Of a stretch of 64,000 nucleotides of DNA, positions 43,755 to 54,038 are shown piece after piece. Source of the stretch: Candidatus Omnitrophota bacterium (GTDB lineage Bacteria > Omnitrophota > Gorgyraeia > Zapsychrales > Fredricksoniimonadaceae); NCBI GenBank assembly GCA_037131245.1, contig JBAXRK010000004.1, positions 30,905-94,904 on the forward strand, read 5' to 3'. Numbering within the stretch: position 1 is the first letter of the stretch; each line of letters starts with the position of its first letter. Made by a program: the position numbers and the translations under genes. Under the pieces are notes generated by a model that was not told the origin of the DNA, made no database searches, and was given only the letters and a program-made list of their open reading frames with translations.

Positions 43755-44650
43755 CCGATGAGCTGGGGCATATCCCTGTTATGAGCCGCGAGGTTTTGGA
43801 AATGTTGCGTCTCGGCCCGGGGATGACGGTGGTTGACGGCACATTGGGGCTTGGCGGCCATTCTTTGTTGATGAGTGACATGATCGGCAGGAGTGGCCGG
43901 TTGATCGGGATAGATCAGGATGACAGGGCGATCGGAATGGCTACCGATCGTTTGAAGGGTTTTAGCGGCCGGCTTGATATCGTCAAAAATAATTTCCGGA
44001 ATATAGAGGCTGTACTGGAAGGCCTTGGGGTCAAGACGGTTGACGCGGTCCTTCTTGACCTGGGCGTTTCAAGTATCCAGCTGGATGATCCATTAAGAGG
44101 GTTCAGTTTTCGTCGAGACGGCCCTTTGGATATGAGGATGGATACCGGCGCTGAGGTTTCGGCCTTCGATATCGTCAATACGTTCTCTGAAGAAGAGCTG
44201 GCAAGGATCCTGTGGCAGTATGGCGAGGAGCGCTTCAGCCGGAGGATCGCCCGGAATATCGTGAAGGCACGGGCGGCTAGTCCTATTGAAACGACCACCG
44301 CTTTGGCAGGGATCGTGATGAGGTCGTTGCCTTATAAGCAGTCTCGTGATGGGGCACATCCTGCGACACGTTCCTTTCAAGGTATACGGATCGCGGTCAA
44401 TCAGGAATTAGTGGTGTTGGAGTCGGTTCTGGGGGTGGCGCTGGGCCGGTTAAGCCAAAAAGGACGGATGTGCGTGATCTCGTTCCATTCCCTTGAGGAC
44501 CGGATCGTCAAAGAAAGATTTCGATCGTTCGCGCAGTCAGGCAGCGCGGCAGTGTTAACCAAAAAACCGTTAAGGCCTTCTCCGCAAGAGGAGGAGGCAA
44601 ACCCCCGGTCACGCAGCGCGCGTCTTCGGGCATTGGAAAGGGTGTTATGA
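43751..44650 (+). CDS. rsmH: 16S rRNA (cytosine1402-N4)-methyltransferase RsmH
   Basis: HIPVMSREVLE, DGTLGLGGHS, DLGVSSIQLD, ISFHSLEDRIVK. Confidence 0.95.
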   Translation: MTDELGHIPVMSREVLEMLRLGPGMTVVDGTLGLGGHSLLMSDMIGRSGRLIGIDQDDRAIGMATDRLKGFSGRLDIVKNNFRNIEAVLEGLGVKTVDAVLLDLGVSSIQLDDPLRGFSFRRDGPLDMRMDTGAEVSAFDIVNTFSEEELARILWQYGEERFSRRIARNIVKARAASPIETTTALAGIVMRSLPYKQSRDGAHPATRSFQGIRIAVNQELVVLESVLGVALGRLSQKGRMCVISFHSLEDRIVKERFRSFAQSGSAAVLTKKPLRPSPQEEEANPRSRSARLRALERVL

Positions 44651-44958
44651 AGATCAGTGGTTTCCTGAAAGTCATGTTCGTCGTCACGACGATGGGGGTG
44701 CTCTATATCCACCTACAGATGAGCATTTACGACCTGGCTTATCAGGGAAAGCGAAAAGAAGACCGTATTGAAAAACTGGCTGAGAACAATGTTATGATGA
44801 AGAATGATATTCTACGCCTGAAATCATCCGATCATATTGGGCGGCAGTTATTGGTCAATGAAAAGGATTACAAGTTCCTGGGGCGCAATAACGTGGTCGA
44901 GGTTGAAGCCACCGGATCAAATCCTGTTTTGGGTTTACTGGCGTTCGCGAAATTTTAA
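44647..44958 (+). CDS. ftsL: cell division protein FtsL-like
   Basis: Single TM (FLKVMFVVTTMGVLYIHL) plus a coiled coil. Position between rsmH and ftsI. Confidence 0.7.
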   Translation: MKISGFLKVMFVVTTMGVLYIHLQMSIYDLAYQGKRKEDRIEKLAENNVMMKNDILRLKSSDHIGRQLLVNEKDYKFLGRNNVVEVEATGSNPVLGLLAFAKF

Positions 44959-45040
44959 GGTTTTTCCTTTTTTTGCCCCGAAATTTTCCTAGAATGGACG
45001 TATAGTCCAAGATCAACCATTCATATAGAAGCCCATTGCA

Positions 45041-46735
45041 TTGAATTCCCAGCGCCATCCCATACGCCTTGGTCTTATTTTTTCTGGCATCTTCCTGCTT
45101 TTGATCCTGTTCACTGTCAAACTGTCCCTCATTCAGATTTTTCGTTCCAACTATCTGGCGGATAAGGCCGATAAGCAGCATAATCATGTGGTCGATCTTG
45201 AACCGCGACGGGGAACGATCTACGACCGGGAAATGCGGGCTCTGGCTCTTAATGTGTCCGCTTACTCGTTGTTCGCCAATACCAAGTCAATGACGACGGC
45301 GCAGAAAACTGAGGCGGCGAGAAAAGTGGCCGCTGTCCTGGGTATCAGTGAGGTGTCGCTACTGAAAAAGATGGAGAAGCCGAAGAGCTTTGTCTGGTTG
45401 GCGAGAAAGGTCCCTCAGGCGGCATATGACAGCCTGAAGGCTGATAAGGTGAGTGGCCTGGCCTTCGTCAAGGAGAGCAAGCGTTTCTATCCCAACGGGG
45501 AGTTGGCCGCTCACGTCATCGGTTTCGCGAACATCGATAATGTGGGGTTACAAGGCGTCGAACTGGAATTCGATAAATACTTGCGTGGCACCAAAGGGGT
45601 GGCGCAGTTCCTTCGAGATGCCCGTCAACGCGATCTGATGATCGAAAAGGATTTTATTGCGCCTAAAGACGGCGATGATGTCATCCTGACGATCGATGAG
45701 ACCATTCAGTTCATTGCTGAAAAAGCGTTGGATAAGGCGTTCGTTAAATACAATGCGGCGGCGGCAAGTATCATCGTTCTAGACCCGAAGACAGGAGAAG
45801 TGCTCGCTTTTGCCAATCGCCCGACTTTCCGGCCGGATGCGCCAGATAAAAGCCCCGCGGAGAATCGCACGAATCGCGCGGTGGCGTTCGTTTATGAACC
45901 GGGGTCGGTTTTTAAGATCGTCACAGCGACGGCTGCTTTGGAAGAGGGTGTGACCAATGAGGAGGAGATATTCTTTTGTGAGAATGGAAAATATCTGGTC
46001 GGTAATCATATCCTGAAAGATGCCCATCCTAAAGGCCGGTTGACGTTCCGTCAGGTCATTGAGGAGTCGAGCAATATCGGCACGGTAAAGGTTGCTCAGC
46101 GGTTGGGCGCGGACAAGATTTATGAGTACGCACGCCGTTTTCGTTTCGGGCAGAAAACGAATATCGGGATGACGGGGGAGGTCAGTGGTTGGTTAAAGCC
46201 CACTAGCCGCTGGTCGAAAACGTCGATCGGGGCTGTGCCCATTGGCCAGGAAGTCACGGTAACACCGATACAGTTGGCGGTGGCTATTGCGGCGATCGCC
46301 AACGACGGTGTGATCATGAAACCCTATTTTATTAAAGCGGTGAAGATGCCCAACGGCATGGTGGTTGAGGAGAACAAACCTCAGGTCGTCGGCAGGGTCA
46401 TGCGCCCCGAGATCGCTAAAAGGGTCCGCAGTATTTTACAGGGCGTTATTGACGAGGGGACGGCTCAATTGGCCAAGATCAAAGATGTCGCTGCCGCAGG
46501 CAAGACCGGCACGGCTCAAAAAGTTGTTGATGGGACGTATTCCCATAGCAAGTTTGTGGCCTCATTTATCGGGTTTGCTCCTGTCGAGGGGGCGCGGTTG
46601 GCTGTGGTGGTCAGCGTCGATGAGCCGCATCCGGCCTATTACGGCGGCGTTGTCTCCGGGCCGGTTTTCAAGGAAGTGGTGGAAGATTCGTTGAAATATC
46701 TGGCTGGCAGGAAAGGACAGCAGGATGCTTTTTAA
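45041..46735 (+). CDS. ftsI: peptidoglycan D,D-transpeptidase FtsI (class B PBP)
   Basis: SxxK (GSVFKIV), SxN (ESSNIG), KTG (GKTGTAQ). TTG start, N-terminal TM. Confidence 0.92.
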   Translation: MNSQRHPIRLGLIFSGIFLLLILFTVKLSLIQIFRSNYLADKADKQHNHVVDLEPRRGTIYDREMRALALNVSAYSLFANTKSMTTAQKTEAARKVAAVLGISEVSLLKKMEKPKSFVWLARKVPQAAYDSLKADKVSGLAFVKESKRFYPNGELAAHVIGFANIDNVGLQGVELEFDKYLRGTKGVAQFLRDARQRDLMIEKDFIAPKDGDDVILTIDETIQFIAEKALDKAFVKYNAAAASIIVLDPKTGEVLAFANRPTFRPDAPDKSPAENRTNRAVAFVYEPGSVFKIVTATAALEEGVTNEEEIFFCENGKYLVGNHILKDAHPKGRLTFRQVIEESSNIGTVKVAQRLGADKIYEYARRFRFGQKTNIGMTGEVSGWLKPTSRWSKTSIGAVPIGQEVTVTPIQLAVAIAAIANDGVIMKPYFIKAVKMPNGMVVEENKPQVVGRVMRPEIAKRVRSILQGVIDEGTAQLAKIKDVAAAGKTGTAQKVVDGTYSHSKFVASFIGFAPVEGARLAVVVSVDEPHPAYYGGVVSGPVFKEVVEDSLKYLAGRKGQQDAF

Positions 46736-48146
46736 GGGGATCGACGTCACGGCGGTTTGGGATGATTCCCGGCGAGTTACGCCGGGGAGCCTGTTCGCCG
46801 CCATAGACGGTCCGGTTGTCAAAGGCGAGTCTTTTATTCCGCAGGCGGTGGCTAATGGAGCCGTGGTGGTTGTCGCATCCCTTTCTTGCGCGCAGGAATT
46901 CAGGCATCGTTATTCCGATGTAACCTTTTATGGCGTTGCTGATCCCAAAGACGCCTTTCGTCGGATCGTTGAAGAATTTTACGGTGAGCCATCGAAAAAG
47001 ATCCGGGTGATCGGTGTTACGGGGACCAATGGAAAAACGACCATTACATATTTTCTGGAGTCTGTCCTGGCAGCTGCGGGCAAGTCCTGCGGGGTGATCG
47101 GGACGGTCAATTACCGGGTGGCCGGCAAGATCCTGCCTTCGACCAATACGACGCCCGGGATGCTGGACAACCAGATCTTTCTGTCAAGATTATTGGAGCA
47201 GGGGGTTCCGTATTCTGTTATGGAGGTTTCTTCGCATGCCCTGGCACAGGGGCGAGTGGAGCTGATCGGGTTCTGTGGGGCTATATTCACGAATCTGACG
47301 GGGGACCATCTGGATTATCACGGAAGTATGGAAAATTATTTTGAGGCAAAAAACCGTTTGTTCAACGGCCTTGCTGTTCAAGCGTATGCCGTTATTAACA
47401 CGGATGATGCCTGGGGGAAAAAGCTGGCCGCGAGTTCCCGGGGCAGGGTCATTTCTTACGGCATCGATGATACCGCTGATGTCAGGGCGGTGGTTCATGA
47501 ATTCGGCCGTAAGGGGGCGCGGTTCGAGGTCAGGTATCCCGGTGGAGTAGTTGAAATAAAGACCGTGTTCACTGGCAAACACAATGTTTATAATATCCTG
47601 GCGGTTTTTGCCACTGGTTTAGGAGAGGGATTTCCCGTGGACGTCATCAAGAGGGGGATCGAGTCATTGGTCAATGTTCCGGGCCGGTTGGAGCGGGTTG
47701 ATTGCGGGCAGGATTTTGACGTGTTCATTGATTACGCGCATACGGATGATGGGCTGAAAAATGTCCTGTTGGCTTTGAGGGAGGTTAAGCATAAGCGTTT
47801 GATCGCTGTTTTTGGTTGTGGCGGGGACAGAGATCGGACGAAGCGTCCCCGTATGGGGAAAGTGGCGTGTGAATTGGCGGATCTTTCTGTTGTAACGTCT
47901 GATAATCCCCGGAGTGAAGATCCTTCGGGTATCATTGAAGAGATCCTTCCTGGGTTTACCCGGAAAAATTATGAGGTAGTGGTCGAGCGTGAGGCGGCCA
48001 TAAAGAGGGCGCTGGAGATCGCCCGCGCCGGAGATATTATTCTTCTGGCGGGGAAAGGTCATGAGACGTATCAGGTGCTTAAGGACCGAACGGTGGATTT
48101 TGTTGAGCGGGATATTGTCGATAGTTTCCTCAAGGAAAGGCTCTAA
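46725..48146 (+). CDS. murE: UDP-N-acetylmuramoyl-L-alanyl-D-glutamate--2,6-diaminopimelate ligase
   Basis: GVTGTNGKTT. The DNPR motif (TSDNPRSEDP) indicates meso-DAP specificity. Confidence 0.93.
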   Translation: MLFKGIDVTAVWDDSRRVTPGSLFAAIDGPVVKGESFIPQAVANGAVVVVASLSCAQEFRHRYSDVTFYGVADPKDAFRRIVEEFYGEPSKKIRVIGVTGTNGKTTITYFLESVLAAAGKSCGVIGTVNYRVAGKILPSTNTTPGMLDNQIFLSRLLEQGVPYSVMEVSSHALAQGRVELIGFCGAIFTNLTGDHLDYHGSMENYFEAKNRLFNGLAVQAYAVINTDDAWGKKLAASSRGRVISYGIDDTADVRAVVHEFGRKGARFEVRYPGGVVEIKTVFTGKHNVYNILAVFATGLGEGFPVDVIKRGIESLVNVPGRLERVDCGQDFDVFIDYAHTDDGLKNVLLALREVKHKRLIAVFGCGGDRDRTKRPRMGKVACELADLSVVTSDNPRSEDPSGIIEEILPGFTRKNYEVVVEREAAIKRALEIARAGDIILLAGKGHETYQVLKDRTVDFVERDIVDSFLKERL

Positions 48147-49525
48147 TGCTTAAGGTTGCGGAGATCATTAAGGCGACTGGCGGAAAATTAGTGCAGGGCG
48201 TGGCCTCTTTAAAAGTAACGGGGGTCAGCACTGATACGCGCACTGTCGGGAAGGGCGATCTGTTCATCGCGATCAGGGGAGAGCGTTTTGATGGCCATGA
48301 TTATGCGGTGCAAGCTGTGGCGGGTGGCGCGGTAGCACTACTGGTCAGCCGTGGGGATGCGGGATATCCGCCAGCAGTTACGGTTATCCGGGTTGATGAT
48401 ACGCTTAAAGCGCTGGGTCTTTTGGCCGCTTTTTACCGGTTGAAGTTCAAGATCCCGGTGATCGCTATTACCGGCTCTGCCGGAAAGACCACGACCAAGG
48501 AGTTCATTGCGGCGGTGCTTGGGAAGAAATTTCGCGTTCTGTTCAATAAGGGGACATTGAATAATCATATCGGCGTTCCGATGACCTTACTTCAACTCAA
48601 GAAAACCCACCAGGCGGCGGTCATTGAAGCGGGGACCAATCATTTTGGCGAGATCAGCTGGCTGGGTGGGATCATCCGTCCGACGATCGCGGTGTTCACT
48701 AATATTGGCCAGTCGCATTTGGCCGGCCTGGAAAGTCCGGAGGGTGTTTTTAAGGAGAAAGTGACGCTGCTTGATCATCTGGCGAGTAAAGGCACGGTGA
48801 TCATGAATAATGACGACACCCGCTTGCGCGCGATCCCGAAGATGAAACCGGTTCGTCACGTTGTGACGTTTGGCATTGATCAGAAGGCAGATATTAAGGC
48901 CCGGGCCGTGCGGGCGGATGGCAAAGGGTTGGTGGTGGAGCTGGAGGGCGGAAAGATATTCAGGTTGCCGGCGCCGGTATGGGGCAATGTTTCAAACGCT
49001 TTGGCGGCGGTCGCTTGCGGGCTTTTATTGAAAGTGCCTTTTAAAAAGATCGCGGCGGCCATCGAACAGGTGGAGGCGCCCAAAGGTCGGCAGTGTTTTT
49101 ATTCCGTCATGGGCGTGACTGTTGTCGATGACACGTATAATGCCAATCCGGTGTCGTATTATAATGCGATCAAAACACTGACGTTGGTGCGAAGCGGCGC
49201 CCGTGGACGGACATTCCTGGTGGCGGCGGATATGCTGGAGTTGGGCGATCAGTCCGAGGCGTTGCATGCTGACGTTGGCGAGGCCGTAGCCCGGGCGGGG
49301 ATCGATCATTTGCTCACGATCGGCCGCTGGGCGGGGATTGCCGGTGAAAAAGCGAAAGAGCTTTCGCCGGCCGTCTGGACAAAGCATTACCTAAGACAGG
49401 AAGATATCTTTGTTGATCTGGGCCAAATGCTTAAGACCGGCGATGTGTTGCTGGTCAAGGGATCACGCGGGATGCGCATGGATCAATTAGTTGAGCAGTT
49501 GCTGGTGCTCAATAAAATGGGATAA
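48146..49525 (+). CDS. murF: UDP-N-acetylmuramoyl-tripeptide--D-alanyl-D-alanine ligase
   Basis: ITGSAGKTTTKE, VIEAGTNHFGEI, DDTYNANP. Confidence 0.93.
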   Translation: MLKVAEIIKATGGKLVQGVASLKVTGVSTDTRTVGKGDLFIAIRGERFDGHDYAVQAVAGGAVALLVSRGDAGYPPAVTVIRVDDTLKALGLLAAFYRLKFKIPVIAITGSAGKTTTKEFIAAVLGKKFRVLFNKGTLNNHIGVPMTLLQLKKTHQAAVIEAGTNHFGEISWLGGIIRPTIAVFTNIGQSHLAGLESPEGVFKEKVTLLDHLASKGTVIMNNDDTRLRAIPKMKPVRHVVTFGIDQKADIKARAVRADGKGLVVELEGGKIFRLPAPVWGNVSNALAAVACGLLLKVPFKKIAAAIEQVEAPKGRQCFYSVMGVTVVDDTYNANPVSYYNAIKTLTLVRSGARGRTFLVAADMLELGDQSEALHADVGEAVARAGIDHLLTIGRWAGIAGEKAKELSPAVWTKHYLRQEDIFVDLGQMLKTGDVLLVKGSRGMRMDQLVEQLLVLNKMG

Positions 49526-49542
49526 CAGGCAGAGGGCAGACG

Positions 49543-50634
49543 ATGTTCTATTTTTTATCGCAGTTCCGGTATGAATTCTTTCCACTTAATATTTTCAAGT
49601 ACATCACGTTCCGTGCCGGTTTGGCGGCAGTGACCACCTTTTTGATCATGGTGGTCCTCGGGCCCTGGTTCATTCGCAAACTCGCTGAATGGGACCTAGG
49701 TGAAAAACCGGTCCTCGGCGGAGGCCGGGAGGCAGTCCTGGGGGCGGAGTTAAAATCAAAGCATGGTACGCCGACAATGGGCGGGATCCTGATCATCGGC
49801 AGTATTATGTTATCTGTTATGTTGTGGGCAGATATGACCAATCCCTATATTCTGCTGACGTTGCTGACGATGGTCTGGATGGCCGTGGTTGGTTTTGTCG
49901 ATGATTATATGAAACTATCCGGGATAAACAAGAACGGGATGCCGGCTCGGACTAAAATGATCTGGCAGGCTGTCCTGGCGATCATCGTCAGTTTTTTTGT
50001 CTACGCTTACCTGGATGTATCTACCGCTCTGGATATTCCTTTCATGAAGAAAATGGTGATCAATCTGGGACCCTTTTATATGGTTCTGGTCATGCTCATT
50101 CTGGTCGGGGCTTCGAACGCGGTGAATTTAACGGACGGGCTAGATGGCTTGGCGATCGGGTGCACCCTGTTGGTGGCGCTGACATTGTCTATTCTCTGCT
50201 ATGTAACGGGCAATGTGACGTTCAGTGACTATCTGTTCATCCCGTATATCCCCGGGACAGGAGAATTGACGATCTTTTGCACGGCTATTGTGGGGGCCAG
50301 TCTTGGCTTCTTATGGTTCAATGCCCATCCCGCGTCGGTTTTCATGGGTGATGTCGGTGCTTTGGCTCTTGGGGGGACACTCGGGATCATCTCGGTGTTT
50401 ATTAAGAAGGAATTTCTTTTTGTCTTTTTAGGTGGGGTCTTTGTCTGGGAGGCGCTATCGGTCATCATGCAGGTCACGTCGTTCAAGCTGACCGGCAAAA
50501 GGATCTTTTTGTGTTCGCCTTATCATCATCATTTGCAAAAGCTTAATTGGAAAGAATCAAAGATCGTGATCCGTTTCTGGATCGTGGGGATCATTCTGGC
50601 CCTGGTCACGTTAACGACGTTGAAGATCCGTTGA
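49543..50634 (+). CDS. mraY: phospho-N-acetylmuramoyl-pentapeptide transferase
   Basis: GTPTMGGI, VGFVDDY, NAVNLTDGLDGLA, MGDVGALALGG. Confidence 0.95.
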   Translation: MFYFLSQFRYEFFPLNIFKYITFRAGLAAVTTFLIMVVLGPWFIRKLAEWDLGEKPVLGGGREAVLGAELKSKHGTPTMGGILIIGSIMLSVMLWADMTNPYILLTLLTMVWMAVVGFVDDYMKLSGINKNGMPARTKMIWQAVLAIIVSFFVYAYLDVSTALDIPFMKKMVINLGPFYMVLVMLILVGASNAVNLTDGLDGLAIGCTLLVALTLSILCYVTGNVTFSDYLFIPYIPGTGELTIFCTAIVGASLGFLWFNAHPASVFMGDVGALALGGTLGIISVFIKKEFLFVFLGGVFVWEALSVIMQVTSFKLTGKRIFLCSPYHHHLQKLNWKESKIVIRFWIVGIILALVTLTTLKIR

Positions 50635-50642
50635 GAAGGGTT

Positions 50643-51890
50643 ATGGATATCAGAAATAAAAAGATCTGTGTTATCGGCGCGGCGAAGAGCGGTATTGCGG
50701 CGGTTAATTTGGCACTCTCCCTCGGTGCGCGCGTTTGTATTTCGGACAGTCAGCCGATGGAAAAGATCGGGAAGGCTTTGTCAGGGATAAATGACCGCGC
50801 TCAAGTTGACGTTGAAGCCGGAGGACATTCTCAGGCTTTTGTTACCGCCTGTGATCTGGTGGTCGCTAGTCCCGGTGTATGGAAAGACGCGCAGCCCTTA
50901 CAGTGGGCGCGCGCGGCCGGGATCCCGGTGATGGGGGAGATCGAGTTCGCCTGGCGGTTTTGCTCCAAACCCGTGATCGCCGTGACTGGTTCGAATGGCA
51001 AGACGACGACCGTGACGCTTATTGCCCGGGTTATTGAAGCATCGGGGAAAAAGGCCTGTTTGTGTGGGAATGTCGGAATGCCTTTTTCTGAGCAGGCCCG
51101 GCGCGACGATGTCGATTTTTTTGTTGTTGAGATCAGTTCTTTTCAACTGGAGCTTGTTGATACTTTCCGCCCGTATATCGCGGCAATCTTGAATTTTAGC
51201 CAGAACCATCTTGATCGCCATCCGGATATGGAAGATTATTTTAACGCGAAGAAGCGTATTTTTATGAACCAGACGGCGGAGGATCATGCGGTCCTTAATG
51301 CGCAGGATCCCTTGGTTGTCAGGCTTAAGGATCTGGTTATTTCCAAGGCCACTTTTTTTAATAAAGAAAATGAAACAGGGAATTCGAATCAGCTTGCTGT
51401 TCTTGAAGTAGCACGTATTCTGGGGATCGATGACTACGTGACCAATAAGGTTTTTGCCGGGTTTTCGGGTGTTGAACATCGCCTGGAACCGGTGCGGGTT
51501 CTGCGGGGTGTTGAGTACATTAATGATTCTAAGTCAACGACAGTTGAGTCAGGCCGCTGGGCGCTGGAACGGATGCGGCGTCCGGCCGTGGTGATCGTTG
51601 GCGGGTCGGATAAGCATATGGATTATTCCTGCCTGCGGGACCTTGCCCGGCAGAAAGTCCGTGTGATGGTGGCTTTTGGCGAGATCAGGCAACAGTTCAA
51701 GGATACTTTCGGCGATATCCTTCAGGTTGAGGTCATTGATGGGGGGCTGGATATGGCGGTAGCCTGTGCCCGCCGTTGGGCGCAATCCGGTGATTGTGTC
51801 CTTTTGTCCCCGATGACGGCAAGTTACGATATGTTCGATAATTTTGAGCATCGCGGAAAAGTATTCAAGGATATTGTGAGGGTCCTCTGA
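50643..51890 (+). CDS. murD: UDP-N-acetylmuramoylalanine--D-glutamate ligase
   Basis: KICVIGAAKSG, VTGSNGKTTT, NDSKSTT. I prefer ATG 50643 to the track start 50547, which would overlap mraY by 88 nt. Confidence 0.92.
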   Translation: MDIRNKKICVIGAAKSGIAAVNLALSLGARVCISDSQPMEKIGKALSGINDRAQVDVEAGGHSQAFVTACDLVVASPGVWKDAQPLQWARAAGIPVMGEIEFAWRFCSKPVIAVTGSNGKTTTVTLIARVIEASGKKACLCGNVGMPFSEQARRDDVDFFVVEISSFQLELVDTFRPYIAAILNFSQNHLDRHPDMEDYFNAKKRIFMNQTAEDHAVLNAQDPLVVRLKDLVISKATFFNKENETGNSNQLAVLEVARILGIDDYVTNKVFAGFSGVEHRLEPVRVLRGVEYINDSKSTTVESGRWALERMRRPAVVIVGGSDKHMDYSCLRDLARQKVRVMVAFGEIRQQFKDTFGDILQVEVIDGGLDMAVACARRWAQSGDCVLLSPMTASYDMFDNFEHRGKVFKDIVRVL

Positions 51891-52987
51891 TGCGTGAGAC
51901 CAGGATTGCTTTGTTCATGAGTTTCTCGATCCTTATGGCTATAGGGGTCGTGATGATCTACAGTTCCAGCGGTATTTACGCGTTGGAGGTGATGCATAAC
52001 AGTGCTCATTTTTTAACAAGGCATTTGATGTTCCTTCTTATTGGGACGTCGCTGATGGCCGGAGCAATGCTGATGGATTATCGTGTCCTGCGCCGTTTGG
52101 CCCGGCCGATCATCGGCGTGGTGATCTTTATGCTCGTCCTGGTTCTTATTCCGCATATCGGGAAGGTGTCCTCGGGCGCGCGCCGCTGGTTCAGCCTGGG
52201 GCCGATCAATTTTCAGCCTTCTGAAATGGCTAAGGTTGGGCTTATTATTTATTTGGCGGATTATTGCGCCCGCAAGCAGGGGCTTATCCGCAGCTTATGG
52301 AAAGGCTTCATGCCTGCATTGGCGGTGATGGGGGTGCTTTCGGTCCTGATCATGAAGCAACCTGACATGGGTAATACGATCCTGGTATTTTCCATTACCA
52401 TGACGATGTTATTTATCGCCGGGGCGAAGGTAAAGCATCTGGTGTCCATCTTCCTGCCGGCCATTCCTTTGGCGGCTTTTCTGGTTTTATTGGAGCCTTA
52501 CCGTATTCGCCGGATCGTCGCGTTCATGAATCCCTGGGAGGATCCGCAGGGTGCCGGGTTCCAGCTTTCCCAGTCGCAGATCGCGCTTGGTTCCGGCGGG
52601 TTCTGGGGTGTAGGACTGGGAAAGAGCGAACAGAAATTGCTGTATCTGCCGGCCGCGCATACGGATTTTATCTTTTCTATCATCGGCGAGGAACTTGGTT
52701 TTCTGGGGGCATTGGTCGTGATCGCGTTGTTTGCTTTCTTTATTTGGCAGGTCATCAAGATCCTCAGGCAGACGGTCGATCCCTTTGGTTATTATATGAT
52801 CTTTGGTATTTTGATGATGTTAAGCATTCAGGTTGTGGTTAATTTCGGTGTTAGCATCGGCGCTCTGCCGACCAAAGGTTTGCCGCTTCCGTTCATCAGT
52901 TATGGCGGGTCGGCGCTGATCTTCAATATGATGGCGGTTGGGCTTATTTTGAATGTGTCACGTACCCAGGACCTAGGCAGTGCTTAA
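51890..52987 (+). CDS. ftsW: peptidoglycan glycosyltransferase FtsW (SEDS family)
   Basis: About 10 TM helices, FQPSEMAKV, HTDFIFSIIGEELGF, LPLPFISYGGSA. Confidence 0.92.
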   Translation: MRETRIALFMSFSILMAIGVVMIYSSSGIYALEVMHNSAHFLTRHLMFLLIGTSLMAGAMLMDYRVLRRLARPIIGVVIFMLVLVLIPHIGKVSSGARRWFSLGPINFQPSEMAKVGLIIYLADYCARKQGLIRSLWKGFMPALAVMGVLSVLIMKQPDMGNTILVFSITMTMLFIAGAKVKHLVSIFLPAIPLAAFLVLLEPYRIRRIVAFMNPWEDPQGAGFQLSQSQIALGSGGFWGVGLGKSEQKLLYLPAAHTDFIFSIIGEELGFLGALVVIALFAFFIWQVIKILRQTVDPFGYYMIFGILMMLSIQVVVNFGVSIGALPTKGLPLPFISYGGSALIFNMMAVGLILNVSRTQDLGSA

Positions 52988-54038
52988 AAACATCCTGATC
53001 GCTACCGGCGGGACCGGCGGTCATATTTATCCGGCGATCGTAACGGCCGAAGAGTTGCGCCGCCGGGGATGTCGTATCAGGTTTATCGGTTCTTTTGGGT
53101 TGGCGGGGGAGAAATTGACATCCCGCGGGTTTGAATTTGTTAATATCACGGCTAAAGGCTTTGTTTCAAAGGGGCTGTGGCAGAGGGGTGAGGCGCTGAT
53201 CGTTTCGATCGGCTCCTTTATCCGCTGTCTTCGGGAGATCCAGCGGTTTCAACCGGAGGTCGTCATTGGTTTTGGCGGGTATAGCTCTTTTCCGGCGGTC
53301 ATTGCCGGTAGTGTATCGGGGCGTAAGACCATGATCCATGAGCAGAATGCCGCGCCAGGCCTGGCGAACAGGATCCTGGGGCGGATTGTTCCGATGGTGG
53401 CTGTCAGTTTTAAACAGACCGAAGTGTTTTTCCGGGGCAGGAAAGTTGTTTGGACGGGGTATCCCATGCGCGCTGTTCCTACGGGGTTGTCCCGGGATCA
53501 GGCGTTGGCGGCTTTTGGTCTGCAGATAGAACGCAAGACGATCCTTATTTTTGGGGGAAGCCAGGGCAGCCGGGCGATCAATCAGGCTTGCCTGGATTTC
53601 TTTGAATCGGTCAACAGGGACCTTCCATGGCAAGTTATTCATTTGGCAGGTAAAGGGCAGGCGGAAGGATTGAGGGCGCGTTATTCCCGGCTGGATTTCC
53701 CGGTGTATGTGCAGGATTATTTGGAAAACATGCCCCAGGCTTATGCGGCGGCTGACCTTGTTATAGCGCGGTCTGGGGCGGGAACGGTCACCGAGTTGGG
53801 ATGCTTAGGGCTTCCGGCTATTCTGATCCCTTATCCCTACGCTAATAGCCATCAAGAGGCGAATGCGCGTATTCTGGCCGATCATGGCGCGGCGGTAATT
53901 ATTCGGGAAAAAGACTTGAACCCGGCGATGCTTGGGGATAAGATTTTTTTAGGGCTAGGGCTTCTCCGTCCGGCTCTTTCCAAAGAAATTGTTTTCGATG
54001 CAGTCTTGCGGCTTGCTGATGAGGTGGAACGCCTGTGA
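52980..54038 (+). CDS. murG: UDP-N-acetylglucosamine--N-acetylmuramyl-(pentapeptide) pyrophosphoryl-undecaprenol GlcNAc transferase
   Basis: IATGGTGGHIYPA, GGSQGSRAIN, ARSGAGTVTEL. GTG start. Confidence 0.93.
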   Translation: MLKNILIATGGTGGHIYPAIVTAEELRRRGCRIRFIGSFGLAGEKLTSRGFEFVNITAKGFVSKGLWQRGEALIVSIGSFIRCLREIQRFQPEVVIGFGGYSSFPAVIAGSVSGRKTMIHEQNAAPGLANRILGRIVPMVAVSFKQTEVFFRGRKVVWTGYPMRAVPTGLSRDQALAAFGLQIERKTILIFGGSQGSRAINQACLDFFESVNRDLPWQVIHLAGKGQAEGLRARYSRLDFPVYVQDYLENMPQAYAAADLVIARSGAGTVTELGCLGLPAILIPYPYANSHQEANARILADHGAAVIIREKDLNPAMLGDKIFLGLGLLRPALSKEIVFDAVLRLADEVERL